A DNA stretch of 53,216 nt from an uncultured Ruminococcus sp. (GCA_947176075.1 CAMWPG010000001.1:1-53216); one strand, 5' to 3'; positions 39,179-50,801 are shown, counted from the first letter of the stretch. Numbers and translations are program-made. Notes: generated by a model not told the origin, from the letters alone.

Positions 39179-40504
39179 ATGGCTTTTTTTAATAAGAAGA
39201 ATAAAAAGGAAAAGAAAGGCTTTTTCAGCAGAAGAAAGCACGAGTTTGAAGAAGAAAAGGAAGAATTGTCAGAGGATATAGCAGAGAAGGGGTCTGCGCC
39301 GTCTGGAGACATAGAAGAAGCGATATCTGAGCGTGAGCAGGCAGTATTGGAGGAAGAGCTGCGTCGCCGTACAGAAGCAGAGGAGGCAGCTAAAAAAGAA
39401 CGTGAGGCAGCCATTGCCCTTGCAGCAGAGGCAGCACAGCTTGCAGCGCTTACTCAGGATGTTGAAGAAATGAAAGAAATCTATGAGGAGGAAGAAGATA
39501 AAAAAGAGGAAGAAGAGATACCTGAAGCAGAGACTGTTTCAGTGGAAGTATCTGAGCAGCCTGAAGAGGAAATCAGAAGCGAGAAAAAGAGTATTTTCTC
39601 AAAGATCCGTGAGGGACTGAGAAAGACAAAGGAATCTATGATGCTTAGAATACAAAATGTTCTGAGCAGCTTTACTAAAATTGATGAAGATCTTTTTGAT
39701 GAGCTTCTTGAAACCATGATAATGGGCGATATGGGAGTAGAGACTTCTGAGGCTATATGTAATGCACTGAGAAAACGCATAAAGGAAAGAGGCATAACAG
39801 ATCCGAGCGATATAATGTCGCTTATTCAGGAGATAATAAGCGAAATGCTTGGTGAGGATAAAAGTCTGGAGCTGACAACAAAGCCGTCTGTTATCATGGT
39901 TATAGGCGTAAACGGTGCCGGCAAGACTACAACTATCGGTAAGCTCTGTCATCAGCTTAAAGCGGACGGCAAGAAGGTTATAGTTGCAGCTGCTGATACA
40001 TTCCGTGCGGCAGCTATAGACCAGCTGGAGGTATGGACACAGCGCAGCGGTGTAGAGCTTGTAAAACACGCAGAGGGTTCAGATCCGGGAGCTGTCGTAT
40101 ACGATGCCATAGATGCAGCAAAGGCAAGAGGATGCGATGTACTTATATGCGATACAGCAGGCAGACTTCACAATAAGAAGAATCTCATGCAGGAGCTTGC
40201 TAAAATAAACAGGATAATTTCAACAAGAGCAGAAGGATGCGCTGTGGAGACACTTCTGGTCCTAGATGCTACTACAGGTCAAAACGCAGTTAATCAGGCA
40301 AGACTTTTCAAGGAAACAGCTGATATAAGCGGAATAGTTCTTACAAAGCTTGACGGCACTGCAAAGGGCGGCATTATCGTTTCAATAAAGAATGAGCTTG
40401 ATATTCCTGTAAAGCTTATCGGAGTCGGCGAAAAGATAGACGATCTTCAGCCGTTTTGTGCAGAGGACTTTGTAAATGCTCTCTTTGAAAAGGAGGAACG
40501 CTGA
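39179..40504 (+). CDS. ftsY: Signal recognition particle receptor FtsY
   Basis: Acidic N-terminus, [27 protein letters not shown]. Confidence 0.96.
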   Translation: MAFFNKKNKKEKKGFFSRRKHEFEEEKEELSEDIAEKGSAPSGDIEEAISEREQAVLEEELRRRTEAEEAAKKEREAAIALAAEAAQLAALTQDVEEMKEIYEEEEDKKEEEEIPEAETVSVEVSEQPEEEIRSEKKSIFSKIREGLRKTKESMMLRIQNVLSSFTKIDEDLFDELLETMIMGDMGVETSEAICNALRKRIKERGITDPSDIMSLIQEIISEMLGEDKSLELTTKPSVIMVIGVNGAGKTTTIGKLCHQLKADGKKVIVAAADTFRAAAIDQLEVWTQRSGVELVKHAEGSDPGAVVYDAIDAAKARGCDVLICDTAGRLHNKKNLMQELAKINRIISTRAEGCAVETLLVLDATTGQNAVNQARLFKETADISGIVLTKLDGTAKGGIIVSIKNELDIPVKLIGVGEKIDDLQPFCAEDFVNALFEKEER

Positions 40505-40506
40505 TA

Positions 40507-41106
40507 ATGCGTGTGATACTTGCTTCAAATAACAAAAACAAGCTTCGTGAAATGGCGCAGATACTTCTGCCCTTTGGCATGGAGGTAATATCTCAGCGTG
40601 ATGCAGGCGCAGATTTCGAGGTAGAGGAAAACGGTACTACATTCAGAGAAAATGCCGAAATAAAGGCAGCTGCTGTATATTACAAGCTTAAAATGCCTGT
40701 TATAGCAGATGACAGCGGACTTGTTGTTGATGCACTAAGCGGTGCCCCAGGCGTATATTCGCACAGATTTGCAGGTGAAAATGCAAGCGACAGGGATCGT
40801 TCTCTAAAGGTTTTGAGCGAGCTTATTAATGTTCCAAAGGATAAACGCACAGCAAGGTTTATATGCGAGATATGCTATATTGATGAAAACGGAGAAAAAC
40901 ATTTTTTCACAGGTCGTTGCGAGGGAATCATAGGCACAGAGGAACGAGGCGAAAATGGCTTTGGATATGATCCTATCTTCTGCGTTGGTGACAGAACTCT
41001 TGCAGAAATGACAGATGATGAGAAGAATGAGATAAGTCACAGAGGAAATGCACTGAGACTTTTGAGTAAATATTTAAAGGAGAAAGAAATATATGCTGAC
41101 AAGTAA
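40507..41106 (+). CDS. rdgB: Non-canonical purine NTP pyrophosphatase (RdgB/HAM1)
   Basis: ADDSGL, PGVYS, GFGYDPIF, SHRG. Confidence 0.93.
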   Translation: MRVILASNNKNKLREMAQILLPFGMEVISQRDAGADFEVEENGTTFRENAEIKAAAVYYKLKMPVIADDSGLVVDALSGAPGVYSHRFAGENASDRDRSLKVLSELINVPKDKRTARFICEICYIDENGEKHFFTGRCEGIIGTEERGENGFGYDPIFCVGDRTLAEMTDDEKNEISHRGNALRLLSKYLKEKEIYADK

Positions 41107-41383
41107 GCAGAGAGCAAAGTTGAGAGGCATTGCAAGCACATATGAGACAATTTTTCAGATAGGAAAGAGCGGTATCGGAGATACACTGGTACAGCAGGTT
41201 ATGGACGCACTTAAAAAGCGTGAGCTTATAAAGCTGCACGTACTTGATAACTGCGAATATGATGCAAAAGAGGCATCAGTTATTCTTGCAGAGCGTTCAA
41301 AGTCTGAGATAGTGCAGGTTATAGGAAACAGATTCGTTCTGTATAAGCGAAATCCACAGGATCCGGTCATAGATCTGAAGTGA
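41093..41383 (+). CDS. yhbY: YhbY/CRM-domain RNA-binding protein
   Basis: MLTSKQRAKL, QIGKSG, ELIK, VQVIG. Confidence 0.9.
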   Translation: MLTSKQRAKLRGIASTYETIFQIGKSGIGDTLVQQVMDALKKRELIKLHVLDNCEYDAKEASVILAERSKSEIVQVIGNRFVLYKRNPQDPVIDLK

Positions 41384-41991
41384 AAAGGATAGGCATATAT
41401 GGCGGAAGCTTTGATCCGGTACATAACGGACATATTCATCTTGCAAAAACTTCGCTTGAATGTTTTTCTCTTGATGAGGTGATATTTGTACCGGCAAGAA
41501 TTTCTCCGTTCAAGCAGAACAAAAATGATGTAGCACCTGATGCAGATCGTGTTGCTATGCTAAGGCTTGCACTTGATGGTGAGATTGATATGAGCGTAAG
41601 CGATTATGAACTTATGCAGGAAAATGTGAGCTATACGATATATACCATGCGCCATATGAAAAAGCTCTATGCAGATGATACACTTATATTACTTATGGGA
41701 AGCGACAGTCTTATGAGCTTTCAAAGATGGTACTGCTGGCAGGAAATTATAAGTATTGCAGAGCTTGGGTGTATATCGAGGAATTATGGAGACATTGAAG
41801 AGCTTGCAAGGCAGAGAGAGTATCTTTCTGAATACGGGACAGTTCGTCTATCGTGTGAGAATATATTTCCTGTATCATCTACAGAGGTAAGGCAGCTTTT
41901 AAAAAAAGGTGAAGATTGTTCTTGCTATTTGCCGGAAAATGTAGTACAATATATTGTAAAGAATAAATTGTATGAATATAGGAGGCTGTAA
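41380..41991 (+). CDS. nadD: Nicotinate-nucleotide adenylyltransferase
   Basis: GGSFDPVHNGH, SYT, VSSTEVR. Confidence 0.94.
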   Translation: MKRIGIYGGSFDPVHNGHIHLAKTSLECFSLDEVIFVPARISPFKQNKNDVAPDADRVAMLRLALDGEIDMSVSDYELMQENVSYTIYTMRHMKKLYADDTLILLMGSDSLMSFQRWYCWQEIISIAELGCISRNYGDIEELARQREYLSEYGTVRLSCENIFPVSSTEVRQLLKKGEDCSCYLPENVVQYIVKNKLYEYRRL

Positions 41992-41992
41992 T

Positions 41993-42580
41993 ATGTATGA
42001 TGTGAAGTCGATGCAGAGATTTTTAAAGGAGCGCCTTTCACGGGAGAGATACACTCATACAATGAACGTTGCAAAGGAATGCAAACGTCTTGCCAAGATT
42101 TTTGGAGAAGATCCGGACAGAGCTTATTTCGCAGGAATGGTTCACGATATCTGTAAGGAAGATCCAAAAGAGCAGCAGTATGAATGGGCTGTTAAAAGCA
42201 ATATGGGATTTTGTGCTGAAGAGGCTCGTTCGTGGAAGGTCTGGCACGGAGTTGCAGGAGCTTATTTTCTGAAAACGCAGTTTGGCGTTTGCGATGAAGA
42301 TATTCTTAATGCTGTGAGATTTCATACTATCGGAAGAAAGAATATGTCCTGCCTTGAAAAAATAGTGTATCTTGGAGATATGACTTCGGAGGAACGTGAT
42401 TACAGCGGCGTTGATATTATGAGAAAAGTATGCTCACAGAATATTGACAAGGGTATGCTGTACGCACTGCGTTATTCTATGAGAAAGCAGCTTAAACGCT
42501 GTGCGGTCATTCCGCATTATACAATGGAAGCCTATAATGAATATACTGTTATGTTTCCTGACGACACATATCATATCTGA
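41993..42580 (+). CDS. yqeK: HD-domain Ap4A hydrolase YqeK
   Basis: RYTH, VHDICK, WHG, FHTIG; follows nadD. Confidence 0.88.
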   Translation: MYDVKSMQRFLKERLSRERYTHTMNVAKECKRLAKIFGEDPDRAYFAGMVHDICKEDPKEQQYEWAVKSNMGFCAEEARSWKVWHGVAGAYFLKTQFGVCDEDILNAVRFHTIGRKNMSCLEKIVYLGDMTSEERDYSGVDIMRKVCSQNIDKGMLYALRYSMRKQLKRCAVIPHYTMEAYNEYTVMFPDDTYHI

Positions 42581-42606
42581 GAACTGTCATTTGAGGTGAA
42601 TAAAAA

Positions 42607-43899
42607 ATGGGAAATAAGAAAAGAAAGAACAGCATAGAAGAGGAAAAAACAAGAAAATTTTTAAATCTGAAAAAAATACCGAAAAATATCACTAATAGTA
42701 AAAGAAAAGAAAAGCTTATAAACATTGGTTTGAAGACTATATCCGTTTTAGTGAGTGCAGCTATTATAATTGTACTGGGAGTGAATCTGCCCATTTTGTC
42801 ATATCGTACAGTCAGCGGCAATGAGGTCACTGTTGAACAGATATCATATCTTGATTCTATAAAACGTGCTCAGCCGGCGATACTTCAGGAGGGCAAGCTT
42901 GAAAAGCCTGCGCCTGAGGATACTGAGAAGCTTAATCTGAAGCCTGAGATCGATCCTGAAACTATAAATGACGGGCTTAATCTTAACCAGATAGTCGAGG
43001 GACAGTATACACTTTTGTTTATGGGGATGGATGAAAGCGGACGTCTTGCAGATGTAAACTGGCTTTTCCAGTTTGATCTGTTTGCAGGCACAATGAATGT
43101 TTTGCAGATCCCGAGAGACTGCTATATGCCTGATTATGCGAACCGTTCTACAAATAAATTTAATAGTGTATATGCATCTGGACAGCAGGAAGGTGTTACG
43201 CCTCTTCAAAGAGCTGTAAACTGTATAGAGGAAAGCTTCTGTGTAGTTATTGACTGTTATGTAAAGCTTGACTGCGCAAATATAAAACATATTGTTGATG
43301 AGGTCGGCGGTATTCCGATAACCTTGCCTGAGAGGATCATGTACGAGGCTGATAAGATACTTCCGGCAGGCGAGCAGGTTCTGACAGGACAACAATCTGA
43401 ATGGTTTATACGTTTCAGAAGAGAATACGATGAGGGCGATATAGGCCGTGTAAAGGCTCAGAGAATTTTCCTTGCAGCTGCTATGGAAAAGCTTATCGGT
43501 ATGGGACAGACAAAGCTTATGTCCTCTATGGAGAAAATATATGAAAACGAGTGGATCGCCACAGATCTTTCTCTTGCTGAAATGAGTATGCTGGCAGACT
43601 TTGCATCAAAGAGACTTACTCTGGACAGCGTTAATATCTATATGGTTCCCGGTGAAGGAGCTATGTACGGTGGACAATCTATCTATTCTATTCATAAGGG
43701 CGAGACTATAGATATAATAAACGAGTATTTCAGACCATATCAGAATCAGGTATATCCTGAGGAAAGCACGATCGTAGAGGCAGTTCCTGAAGGACAGTAT
43801 TTAATCAAAGCTGATAATGGCAGCAAGGAAAGTCTTGACGATATAAGCAGCGGAAATACCAAGGACGGAAGACAGAATATATACAGCCGTAATGATTGA
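42607..43899 (+). CDS. LytR-CpsA-Psr (LCP) family glycopolymer transferase
   Basis: Single TM helix, IPRD, KFN, VDEVGGI, FIRFR..GDIGR..Q. Confidence 0.88.
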   Translation: MGNKKRKNSIEEEKTRKFLNLKKIPKNITNSKRKEKLINIGLKTISVLVSAAIIIVLGVNLPILSYRTVSGNEVTVEQISYLDSIKRAQPAILQEGKLEKPAPEDTEKLNLKPEIDPETINDGLNLNQIVEGQYTLLFMGMDESGRLADVNWLFQFDLFAGTMNVLQIPRDCYMPDYANRSTNKFNSVYASGQQEGVTPLQRAVNCIEESFCVVIDCYVKLDCANIKHIVDEVGGIPITLPERIMYEADKILPAGEQVLTGQQSEWFIRFRREYDEGDIGRVKAQRIFLAAAMEKLIGMGQTKLMSSMEKIYENEWIATDLSLAEMSMLADFASKRLTLDSVNIYMVPGEGAMYGGQSIYSIHKGETIDIINEYFRPYQNQVYPEESTIVEAVPEGQYLIKADNGSKESLDDISSGNTKDGRQNIYSRND

Positions 43900-43915
43900 A
43901 AGGAGTAAAAATTAA

Positions 43916-44281
43916 ATGACAGAAAAAAACAATGCACTTGAAGCAATAGTAAAGGCTCTTGACAGTAAGAGAGCCGAGGATATAGAGGTTATTGGCATAG
44001 GTGAGCTTACTATTCTGGGAGATTATTTTGTAATTGCAAATGGTACAAGCACTACGCATACACGTACACTTGCAGATGAGGTTGAATACAAGCTTTCAGA
44101 AATGGGTATTGAGCCTATCCACCGTGAGGGAAGAGGCAATGGTTCGAGTTGGATAGTGCTTGACTACGGCGATATTATAGTACACGTTTTTTATAAGGAA
44201 GCAAGAGATTTCTATAAGCTTGAACGTATGTGGGCAGACGGAGAACATGTTGATATTTCCGGCTGGGTCAAAAAGGATTGA
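43916..44281 (+). CDS. rsfS: Ribosome silencing factor
   Basis: KRAEDI, DYFVIA, WIVLDYGD, FYKLERMW. Confidence 0.94.
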   Translation: MTEKNNALEAIVKALDSKRAEDIEVIGIGELTILGDYFVIANGTSTTHTRTLADEVEYKLSEMGIEPIHREGRGNGSSWIVLDYGDIIVHVFYKEARDFYKLERMWADGEHVDISGWVKKD

Positions 44282-44298
44282 CAGGAGGTGTAAAAGTA

Positions 44299-44637
44299 AT
44301 GAGCAGCACAGGAAAAAATATTTCAATTGCAGTTGGTGTTTATGTTATCATTAAAGCTCTGCTTAATCTGATACTCGGATTTTCATTTGTCAATGTGCTG
44401 ATGCTTGTAGTAGCAGGAGTTATTTTTGTACTGCTTTATAAGCGTATGCCGTATTGCAATTATATAGTAGCAGTTTATCTGGCACTTGTGTTTATTGCAC
44501 ACTTCTGGACCAATATTACAAATCTCAGCAATGGATTTGTATATTGGATATACCTTGCAGAAGGAATACTTGACCTTCTGGCAGGCGCACTTCTTGCCTT
44601 TAATAAGGATGTAAAGGCTTATTTTAGCAATAATTAA
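44299..44637 (+). CDS. Small hypothetical membrane protein (about 4 TM)
   Basis: Hydrophobic ORF with SD AGGAGGT, inside the operon. Confidence 0.7.
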   Translation: MSSTGKNISIAVGVYVIIKALLNLILGFSFVNVLMLVVAGVIFVLLYKRMPYCNYIVAVYLALVFIAHFWTNITNLSNGFVYWIYLAEGILDLLAGALLAFNKDVKAYFSNN

Positions 44638-44662
44638 AATTTGATATAAAGGATGAATAACC

Positions 44663-47068
44663 ATGAGTAAGTATGATTTTACTGCCATTGAGAGTAAGTG
44701 GCAAAAATATTGGGAGAAGCATAATTCTTTTCGTGCAGGAACAGACTACAGCAAGCCTAAGTTTTATGCGCTTGTAGAATTTCCGTATCCGTCAGGTCAG
44801 GGACTGCATATCGGACATCCACGTCCGTATACGGCTATGGATATAGTTTCCAGAAAACGCCGTTTAGAGGGATACAATGTACTTTTCCCTATGGGTTGGG
44901 ATGCATTTGGTCTGCCGACTGAAAATTTTGCTATCAAGAATAAGATACATCCCGCTATCGTTACTAAGAATAACGTAGCACGTTTCAAGGGACAGCTTCA
45001 GTCACTTGGTCTTTCCTTTGACTGGGAGAGAGAAATAAACACTACAGATCCTAATTACTTCCACTGGACACAGTGGATATTCCTCCAGATGTTTAAGAAG
45101 GGTCTTGCATACAAGAAAGAAATGGCTGTAAACTGGTGTACATCTTGTAAGGTAGTTCTTGCAAATGAAGAGGTAGTAGGCGGAGTGTGTGAACGCTGTG
45201 GCGGCGAGGTAGTACGTAAGGTAAAGTCACAGTGGATGCTCAAGATCACTGAATATGCCCAGAGACTTCTTGACGATCTTGATGAGGTAAATTACCTTGA
45301 AAGAATCAAGGCTACACAGCGCAATTGGATAGGACGTTCAACAGGCGCAGAGGTCGACTTTACAACTACAGCAGGAGATACTCTGAGAATATACACTACT
45401 CGTCCCGATACACTTTTTGGTGCAACATATATGGTAATGTCTCCTGAACATCCGCTTATTGAAAAGTGGAGCGGCAGTCTTAAAAATATGGACGAGATAC
45501 GTGCATATCAGGAAAAGGCTTCAAGAAAGTCTGACTTTGAGAGAACAGAAATGGCAAAGGAAAAGACAGGTGTTCGTCTGGATGGAGTTTGCGGCATAAA
45601 TCCTGTAAATGGCAATGAGATACCGATATTCCTGTCAGACTATGTACTCATGAGCTATGGTACAGGTGCTATTATGGCAGTTCCTGCACATGATACAAGA
45701 GACTATGACTTCGCAAAGGTATTTGATTTGCCGATTATCGAAGTTGTAAAGGGCGGAGATGTTACAAAGGAAGCCTTTACAGACTGCGAAACAGGCATTA
45801 TGACAAACAGTGATTTTCTTGATGGACTTACAGTAGAAGAGGCAAAGGTGAAAATCAAGGAGTGGCTCGAAGAAAATGGAAAGGGCGAAAGCAAGGTAAA
45901 TTATAAGCTCCGTGACTGGGTATTCTCACGTCAGAGATATTGGGGCGAGCCTATCCCGATAGTACATTGTGATAAGTGCGGCTATGTTGCACTTCCTGAA
46001 AGCGAGCTTCCGCTTACACTTCCGGATGTTGACAGCTATATGCCTACTGACAATGGTGAAAGTCCGCTGTCTACGCTGGAAAGCTTCATAAATACTACCT
46101 GTCCTCAGTGCGGCTGTGCTGCAAAAAGAGAGACAGATACAATGCCGCAGTGGGCAGGTTCATCATGGTACTATCTGCGTTACTGCGATCCGACGAATGA
46201 CAAGGAGCTTGCTTCAAAGGAGGCTCTTGATTACTGGATGCCTGTTGACTGGTATAATGGCGGTATGGAGCATACAACTTTGCATCTGCTGTATTCACGT
46301 TTCTGGCATAAGTTCCTCTTTGATCTTGGAAAGGTGAGCACTAAGGAACCGTATATGCGCCGTACATCACACGGTATGATTCTTGGTGAGGACGGTCAGA
46401 AGATGTCTAAATCCCGCGGCAATGTTATAAATCCTGATGATGTTGTTGCAAATTACGGTGCAGATACACTGCGTCTATATGAAATGTTTGTGGGCGACTT
46501 TGAAAAGACAGCGCCATGGAGTACATCAAGTATAAAGGGATGTAAGAGATTCCTCGACCGAGTATGGGCACTTCAGGACGTTCTCACAGACGGCAGTGAG
46601 TACCGTGAAGAGATAAAGTCCAAGATGCACAAGACGATCAAGAAGGTTTCTGATGATATAGAGAATCTTAAATTTAATACAGCAATTGCTGCCATGATGG
46701 AGCTTCTTAATGACATCGCAGCAACGGGCAGTGTGAATAAGGCTGAGCTTGATACACTTCTCAGACTTCTCAATCCATTTGCACCTCATATTACAGAGGA
46801 AATGTATGAAAAAAATTGCGGTGGTATTCTCAGTGAGCAGTTATGGCCTTCATATGATGAATCGCTTTGCATAGATCAGACCGTTGAAATTGTAGTTCAG
46901 ATAAACGGCAAAGTAAAGACAAAAATCATGATTCCTGTATCGGCTGAAAAGGACGCAGTTCTTAATATGGCAGCATCAGAACCTAAGATCGCCGAGGCTC
47001 TTGAGGGCAAGAATCTGCTGAAAAAGATATATGTTCCAAATAAACTGGTTAATTTTGTAGCAAAATAA
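44663..47068 (+). CDS. leuS: Leucine--tRNA ligase
   Basis: FPYPSG..HIGH, SRQRYWG, KMSKS. Confidence 0.98.
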   Translation: MSKYDFTAIESKWQKYWEKHNSFRAGTDYSKPKFYALVEFPYPSGQGLHIGHPRPYTAMDIVSRKRRLEGYNVLFPMGWDAFGLPTENFAIKNKIHPAIVTKNNVARFKGQLQSLGLSFDWEREINTTDPNYFHWTQWIFLQMFKKGLAYKKEMAVNWCTSCKVVLANEEVVGGVCERCGGEVVRKVKSQWMLKITEYAQRLLDDLDEVNYLERIKATQRNWIGRSTGAEVDFTTTAGDTLRIYTTRPDTLFGATYMVMSPEHPLIEKWSGSLKNMDEIRAYQEKASRKSDFERTEMAKEKTGVRLDGVCGINPVNGNEIPIFLSDYVLMSYGTGAIMAVPAHDTRDYDFAKVFDLPIIEVVKGGDVTKEAFTDCETGIMTNSDFLDGLTVEEAKVKIKEWLEENGKGESKVNYKLRDWVFSRQRYWGEPIPIVHCDKCGYVALPESELPLTLPDVDSYMPTDNGESPLSTLESFINTTCPQCGCAAKRETDTMPQWAGSSWYYLRYCDPTNDKELASKEALDYWMPVDWYNGGMEHTTLHLLYSRFWHKFLFDLGKVSTKEPYMRRTSHGMILGEDGQKMSKSRGNVINPDDVVANYGADTLRLYEMFVGDFEKTAPWSTSSIKGCKRFLDRVWALQDVLTDGSEYREEIKSKMHKTIKKVSDDIENLKFNTAIAAMMELLNDIAATGSVNKAELDTLLRLLNPFAPHITEEMYEKNCGGILSEQLWPSYDESLCIDQTVEIVVQINGKVKTKIMIPVSAEKDAVLNMAASEPKIAEALEGKNLLKKIYVPNKLVNFVAK

Positions 47069-47096
47069 CAAAAATGTCATAATGTGAAAAAACATC

Positions 47097-47125
47097 TTGA
47101 CAAGGCTATTGAAACATGGTACAAT
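47097..47125 (+). promoter_or_regulatory. SigA promoter for rpsU
   Basis: TTGACA-17 nt-TACAAT with TG extension. Confidence 0.8.
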
Positions 47126-47279
47126 ATAATATAACTTAATGAATGCAAGCTATATGAGAAACAGAGAGAGAAGTATCCCGAAAGTCATAAAAAGACAGAT
47201 TCGGTGGTATAGGTCGGAAAAGAGTCAATTCTCTGATCTGATCAGCCTCTGCCGTGGCGGCAAAGGGAGGGAAATGTAA

Positions 47280-47453
47280 GTGGCAGAAGTTCGTGTTGGC
47301 AAAAATGAATCTCTGGATACAGCGCTCAAGCGTTTTAAGAGATCATGTGCTAAGGACGGCGTGATTGCTGAAGTTCGGAAAAGAGAACACTACGAAAAGC
47401 CTTCAGTAAAGCGTAAGAAGAAGTCTGAGGCTGCTCGTAAGCGCAAGTATTGA
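47280..47453 (+). CDS. rpsU: 30S ribosomal protein S21 (not in ORF track)
   Basis: GTG start; [57 protein letters not shown]. Confidence 0.97.
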   Translation: MAEVRVGKNESLDTALKRFKRSCAKDGVIAEVRKREHYEKPSVKRKKKSEAARKRKY

Positions 47454-47473
47454 TATAATCTGCGATACAGCAT

Positions 47474-47508
47474 GGCGGACGCACTGAAGAGTGCGTCCGT
47501 TTTTATTT
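47474..47508 (+). terminator. Terminator of rpsU
   Basis: GGCGGACGCACT/AGTGCGTCCGTT stem plus T-tract. Confidence 0.85.
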
Positions 47509-47536
47509 ATAATGCAGCGCAGGAAGGAGACGCAGT

Positions 47537-48031
47537 ATGCTGTTTGATATTACGATAGCCCTTGATACAATATGCAGCCTGTCCCCGGAGCTTCTGAAAA
47601 AACATGATATAGGCGGTTTGCTTTTAGATCTTGATAATACTCTTACTACACACGACAATCCTGTACCTGCCAAAGGTGTGCCTGAATGGATAGAGAAGAT
47701 GAAAAAGAGCGGCATAAAAATGTGTATCGTATCGAATAATCATCCTCCTAGAGTAAAGCCTTTTGCGGATGCAATGGGACTGGATTTCGTATGCGAAGGG
47801 AAAAAACCGCTGTCAAAGGGCTTTAGAGAAGCAAAGGCAAGAATGGGACTTCCGTGGGAGCGCCTTGCAGTAGTCGGAGATCAGATTTTTACAGATATAC
47901 TGGGTGCAAAGCTCAAAAGATTGAAATGCGTTTTTGTATTTCCTATAGAGCATGAAAAAACACGATTCTTTAAATTTAAAAGGAAGATGGAAAAGCCGTT
48001 TCTTCCTAAAAATCTTACAAAAACTGATTAG
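47537..48031 (+). CDS. yqeG: YqeG family HAD-IIIA phosphatase
   Basis: DLDNTL, VSNN, KP, GDQIFTD. Confidence 0.9.
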   Translation: MLFDITIALDTICSLSPELLKKHDIGGLLLDLDNTLTTHDNPVPAKGVPEWIEKMKKSGIKMCIVSNNHPPRVKPFADAMGLDFVCEGKKPLSKGFREAKARMGLPWERLAVVGDQIFTDILGAKLKRLKCVFVFPIEHEKTRFFKFKRKMEKPFLPKNLTKTD

Positions 48032-48046
48032 AAAGGAAATTGATAT

Positions 48047-48475
48047 ATGAAAAGAATACTTGTAATACACGGACCTAATCTTAATCTTCTTGGCGAACGT
48101 GAGCCCGGAGTTTACGGCAGTACATCTTTTTCGCAGCTTAATACAATGATACAAGATCGTGGTGAGAAGCTTGGACTTGAATGCGAAATATTTCAGTCCA
48201 ATCATGAGGGCGCTATTATTGACAGACTTCATGCTGCAAGAAAAAATTTCGACGGTGTTATTATAAATGCAGGAGCATATACACACTATAGCTATGCGAT
48301 ACATGATGCTATACATGATATACGCATTCCGGTTATTGAAGTGCACATCAGCAATATCCATGCAAGAGAAGGATTTCGCTCAAAGTCGGTTATAAGCCCT
48401 GTATGCAAGGGTACTATTGCAGGCTTTGGAATAAACAGCTATTTTCTTGCACTTTATGCGATGGCAGAGATGTAA
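48047..48475 (+). CDS. aroQ: Type II 3-dehydroquinate dehydratase
   Basis: GPNLNLLGEREP..YG, QSNHEG, EVHISN. Confidence 0.96.
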   Translation: MKRILVIHGPNLNLLGEREPGVYGSTSFSQLNTMIQDRGEKLGLECEIFQSNHEGAIIDRLHAARKNFDGVIINAGAYTHYSYAIHDAIHDIRIPVIEVHISNIHAREGFRSKSVISPVCKGTIAGFGINSYFLALYAMAEM

Positions 48476-48484
48476 GGTGATATT

Positions 48485-49561
48485 ATGAAAAGCCGTATTG
48501 AAAGACTTATGGAAATGCTGCCGAAAGAGACAGATTGCGCTCTTATCAGTTCTGATATAAACAGGAGGTATTTTACCGGTATGCTCTCTTCTGCCGGAAC
48601 GCTTCTTTGTTTCAGGGATGCAGCATATCTTATAATAGATTTCAGATATATTGAAAAGGCGAGGAATATTGCTCGTGACTGTACGGTTATTTTACAGGAC
48701 GATCTTTATGCACAGATAAAAAAATTGCTTAGAAAGCACGGTGCAGTAAAGCTTTCTGTAGAAGCTATGGATTTTACACTTAGTAAGTTTGAGCAGCTTC
48801 GTGAAAATCTTGGTGATAGTATAGAGCTTGATGCTTCCAATACCCTGAGCCGTGCAGTTTATGCCTGCCGCATCGTAAAGTATCCTTTTGAAATAGAAAA
48901 GATAAAAAGTGCTCAGCAAATAGCAGAGGAAGCTTTTGATCATATTCTCGGATTTATACGTGAGGGCGTTACAGAACGTGAGATCCAGCTGGAACTTGAT
49001 TTTAAAATGCTCCGGCTTGGCGCAGAAGAACTTTCATTTCCGACGATAGCGCTTACAGGTGCAGGTACATCAATGCCGCACGGAGTTCCGTCTGATGAGC
49101 GTAAGGTTTGTAATGGTGACTTTGTGCTGATGGACTACGGTGCTGTTGTAGACGGATATCACAGCGATATGACACGTACTGTTGCAGTAGGTGAGCCGTC
49201 TGAGGAAATGAAGAATGTGTACAATGTAGTTCTGAATGCTCAGGAAAAGGCTCTTCGTGAAGTAAGGGCAGGAATTACAGGACAGCAGCTGGACGGCATA
49301 GCAAGGCAGACCATTGCAGAAGCAGGCTTTGGAGAAAATTTTGGGCATTCGCTTGGGCATGGAGTTGGAATGGAGATACATGAATATCCCAATGCTGCAC
49401 CACGGGCAGCGGCAGCTTTGCGTAATGGAAATGTTATAACAATAGAACCAGGAATATATATCGCTGGTAAGTTCGGTGTGAGAATAGAGGATTTCGTGCT
49501 TGTTACAGAAAATGGCTGCGAAAACTTCACTCATGCACCTAAAAATATGATTATTTTGTAG
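48485..49561 (+). CDS. M24 Xaa-Pro aminopeptidase
   Basis: PHG, SDMTRT, HSLGHGVG, EPGIY, GVRIED. Confidence 0.93.
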   Translation: MKSRIERLMEMLPKETDCALISSDINRRYFTGMLSSAGTLLCFRDAAYLIIDFRYIEKARNIARDCTVILQDDLYAQIKKLLRKHGAVKLSVEAMDFTLSKFEQLRENLGDSIELDASNTLSRAVYACRIVKYPFEIEKIKSAQQIAEEAFDHILGFIREGVTEREIQLELDFKMLRLGAEELSFPTIALTGAGTSMPHGVPSDERKVCNGDFVLMDYGAVVDGYHSDMTRTVAVGEPSEEMKNVYNVVLNAQEKALREVRAGITGQQLDGIARQTIAEAGFGENFGHSLGHGVGMEIHEYPNAAPRAAAALRNGNVITIEPGIYIAGKFGVRIEDFVLVTENGCENFTHAPKNMIIL

Positions 49562-49590
49562 CGTTTAAGAAATTTTTCTGTAAATGGGTA

Positions 49591-49619
49591 TTGCCAAAAG
49601 AGTTTTTTTGTAGTATAAT
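49591..49619 (+). promoter_or_regulatory. SigA promoter for efp
   Basis: TTGCCA-17 nt-TATAAT. Confidence 0.75.
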
Positions 49620-49704
49620 AAAAATATATTATGTGTTTTCGTAAGCTGCGGTAAAAAATGCAGCGTGATATAAGCGGAAATACTGCATTAACGGAGGTTT
49701 AATT

Positions 49705-50262
49705 ATGATTTCAGCAGGCGATTTCAGAAACGGTGTAACATTTGAGATGGATGGCAACGTTGTACAGGTTATCGAATTTCAGCACGTAAAGCCGGGTAAG
49801 GGTGCAGCCTTTGTCCGCACAAAGTATAAGAATGTTATCACAGGCGCTGTTGTAGAGCGTTCATTTAACCCTACAGATAAATACCCTACAGCTTATATTG
49901 AGCGTAAGGATATGCAGTATCTGTATAGCGAGGATGATCTGTATTATTTTATGGATATGGAAACTTATGAGCAGCTTCCTATTGATAAGTCCAAGCTGGG
50001 TGCATCATTTGCATTTGTAAAGGAAAATACAGAGGTCAAGGTTCTTTCTTATAAGGGTAATGTATTTGGCGTTGAGCCACCTTTCTTTGTAGAGCTTGAG
50101 GTTACTGAGACTGATCCGGGCTTTAAGGGCGATACTGCAACAAATGCAACAAAGCCTGCCAAACTTGAAACAGGCGCAGAGATCAAGGTTCCGCTGTTCA
50201 TAGATCAAGGCGATGTTATTCGTATTGATACAAGAACAGGCGAATATATGGAACGTGCATAA
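49705..50262 (+). CDS. efp: Elongation factor P
   Basis: [29 protein letters not shown]. Confidence 0.98.
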   Translation: MISAGDFRNGVTFEMDGNVVQVIEFQHVKPGKGAAFVRTKYKNVITGAVVERSFNPTDKYPTAYIERKDMQYLYSEDDLYYFMDMETYEQLPIDKSKLGASFAFVKENTEVKVLSYKGNVFGVEPPFFVELEVTETDPGFKGDTATNATKPAKLETGAEIKVPLFIDQGDVIRIDTRTGEYMERA

Positions 50263-50297
50263 GAATAAAGGCATATAAAAATTAAGAGGTGAGCAAT

Positions 50298-50738
50298 ATG
50301 AAGCTTAGCGAACAGATGTCCTATCTGCGTGGTCTTGTAGACGGTCTTGATGTTGATATGACTACTAAAGAAGGTAAGGTTCTGGGACAGATGATGGAGG
50401 TTCTTCAGTCAACTGTTCTTTATATAGATGATCTTCAGAATCAGGTAGATGAGCTTACTGAGCTTTGCGAGGATCTTGACAAGGATCTTGGCGAGGTTGA
50501 AGAATTCCTCCTTGACGAAGATGAAGATCTTGACCTTGATGAATACGAGGAATATGGTTTCGATGAAGATGAAGAAGTTTATGAAACCGTATGTCCTACC
50601 TGTGAAAATACTATCGTACTGGCAGATTCTGTTCTGGACGAAGGCTCTGTGAACTGCCCATGCTGCGGTGAGCTTCTGGAATTTGATTTTGACGATATCG
50701 TTATTGATGATTTTGAGGAATCTGAGGACGAAGAGTAA
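50298..50738 (+). CDS. Acidic Zn-ribbon protein (CD1247 N-terminal domain type)
   Basis: YLRGLVDGL..KEGK, CPTC..CPCCG, acidic tract; follows efp as in many Clostridia. Confidence 0.75.
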   Translation: MKLSEQMSYLRGLVDGLDVDMTTKEGKVLGQMMEVLQSTVLYIDDLQNQVDELTELCEDLDKDLGEVEEFLLDEDEDLDLDEYEEYGFDEDEEVYETVCPTCENTIVLADSVLDEGSVNCPCCGELLEFDFDDIVIDDFEESEDEE

Positions 50739-50763
50739 GGCGTGTATCTGCTTAGTGCAGAAT

Positions 50764-50801
50764 AAAAAAATAAGCTGACAATACAGTCGGCTTATTTTTT
50801 T
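50764..50801 (+). terminator. Intrinsic terminator
   Basis: AAAAAAATAAGCTGAC/GTCGGCTTATTTTTTT. Confidence 0.85.

Noticed and set aside
44638..44662. T-box riboswitch before leuS (or argS)
   Set aside because: Intergenic gaps are only 16-25 nt; both synthetases lie inside operons
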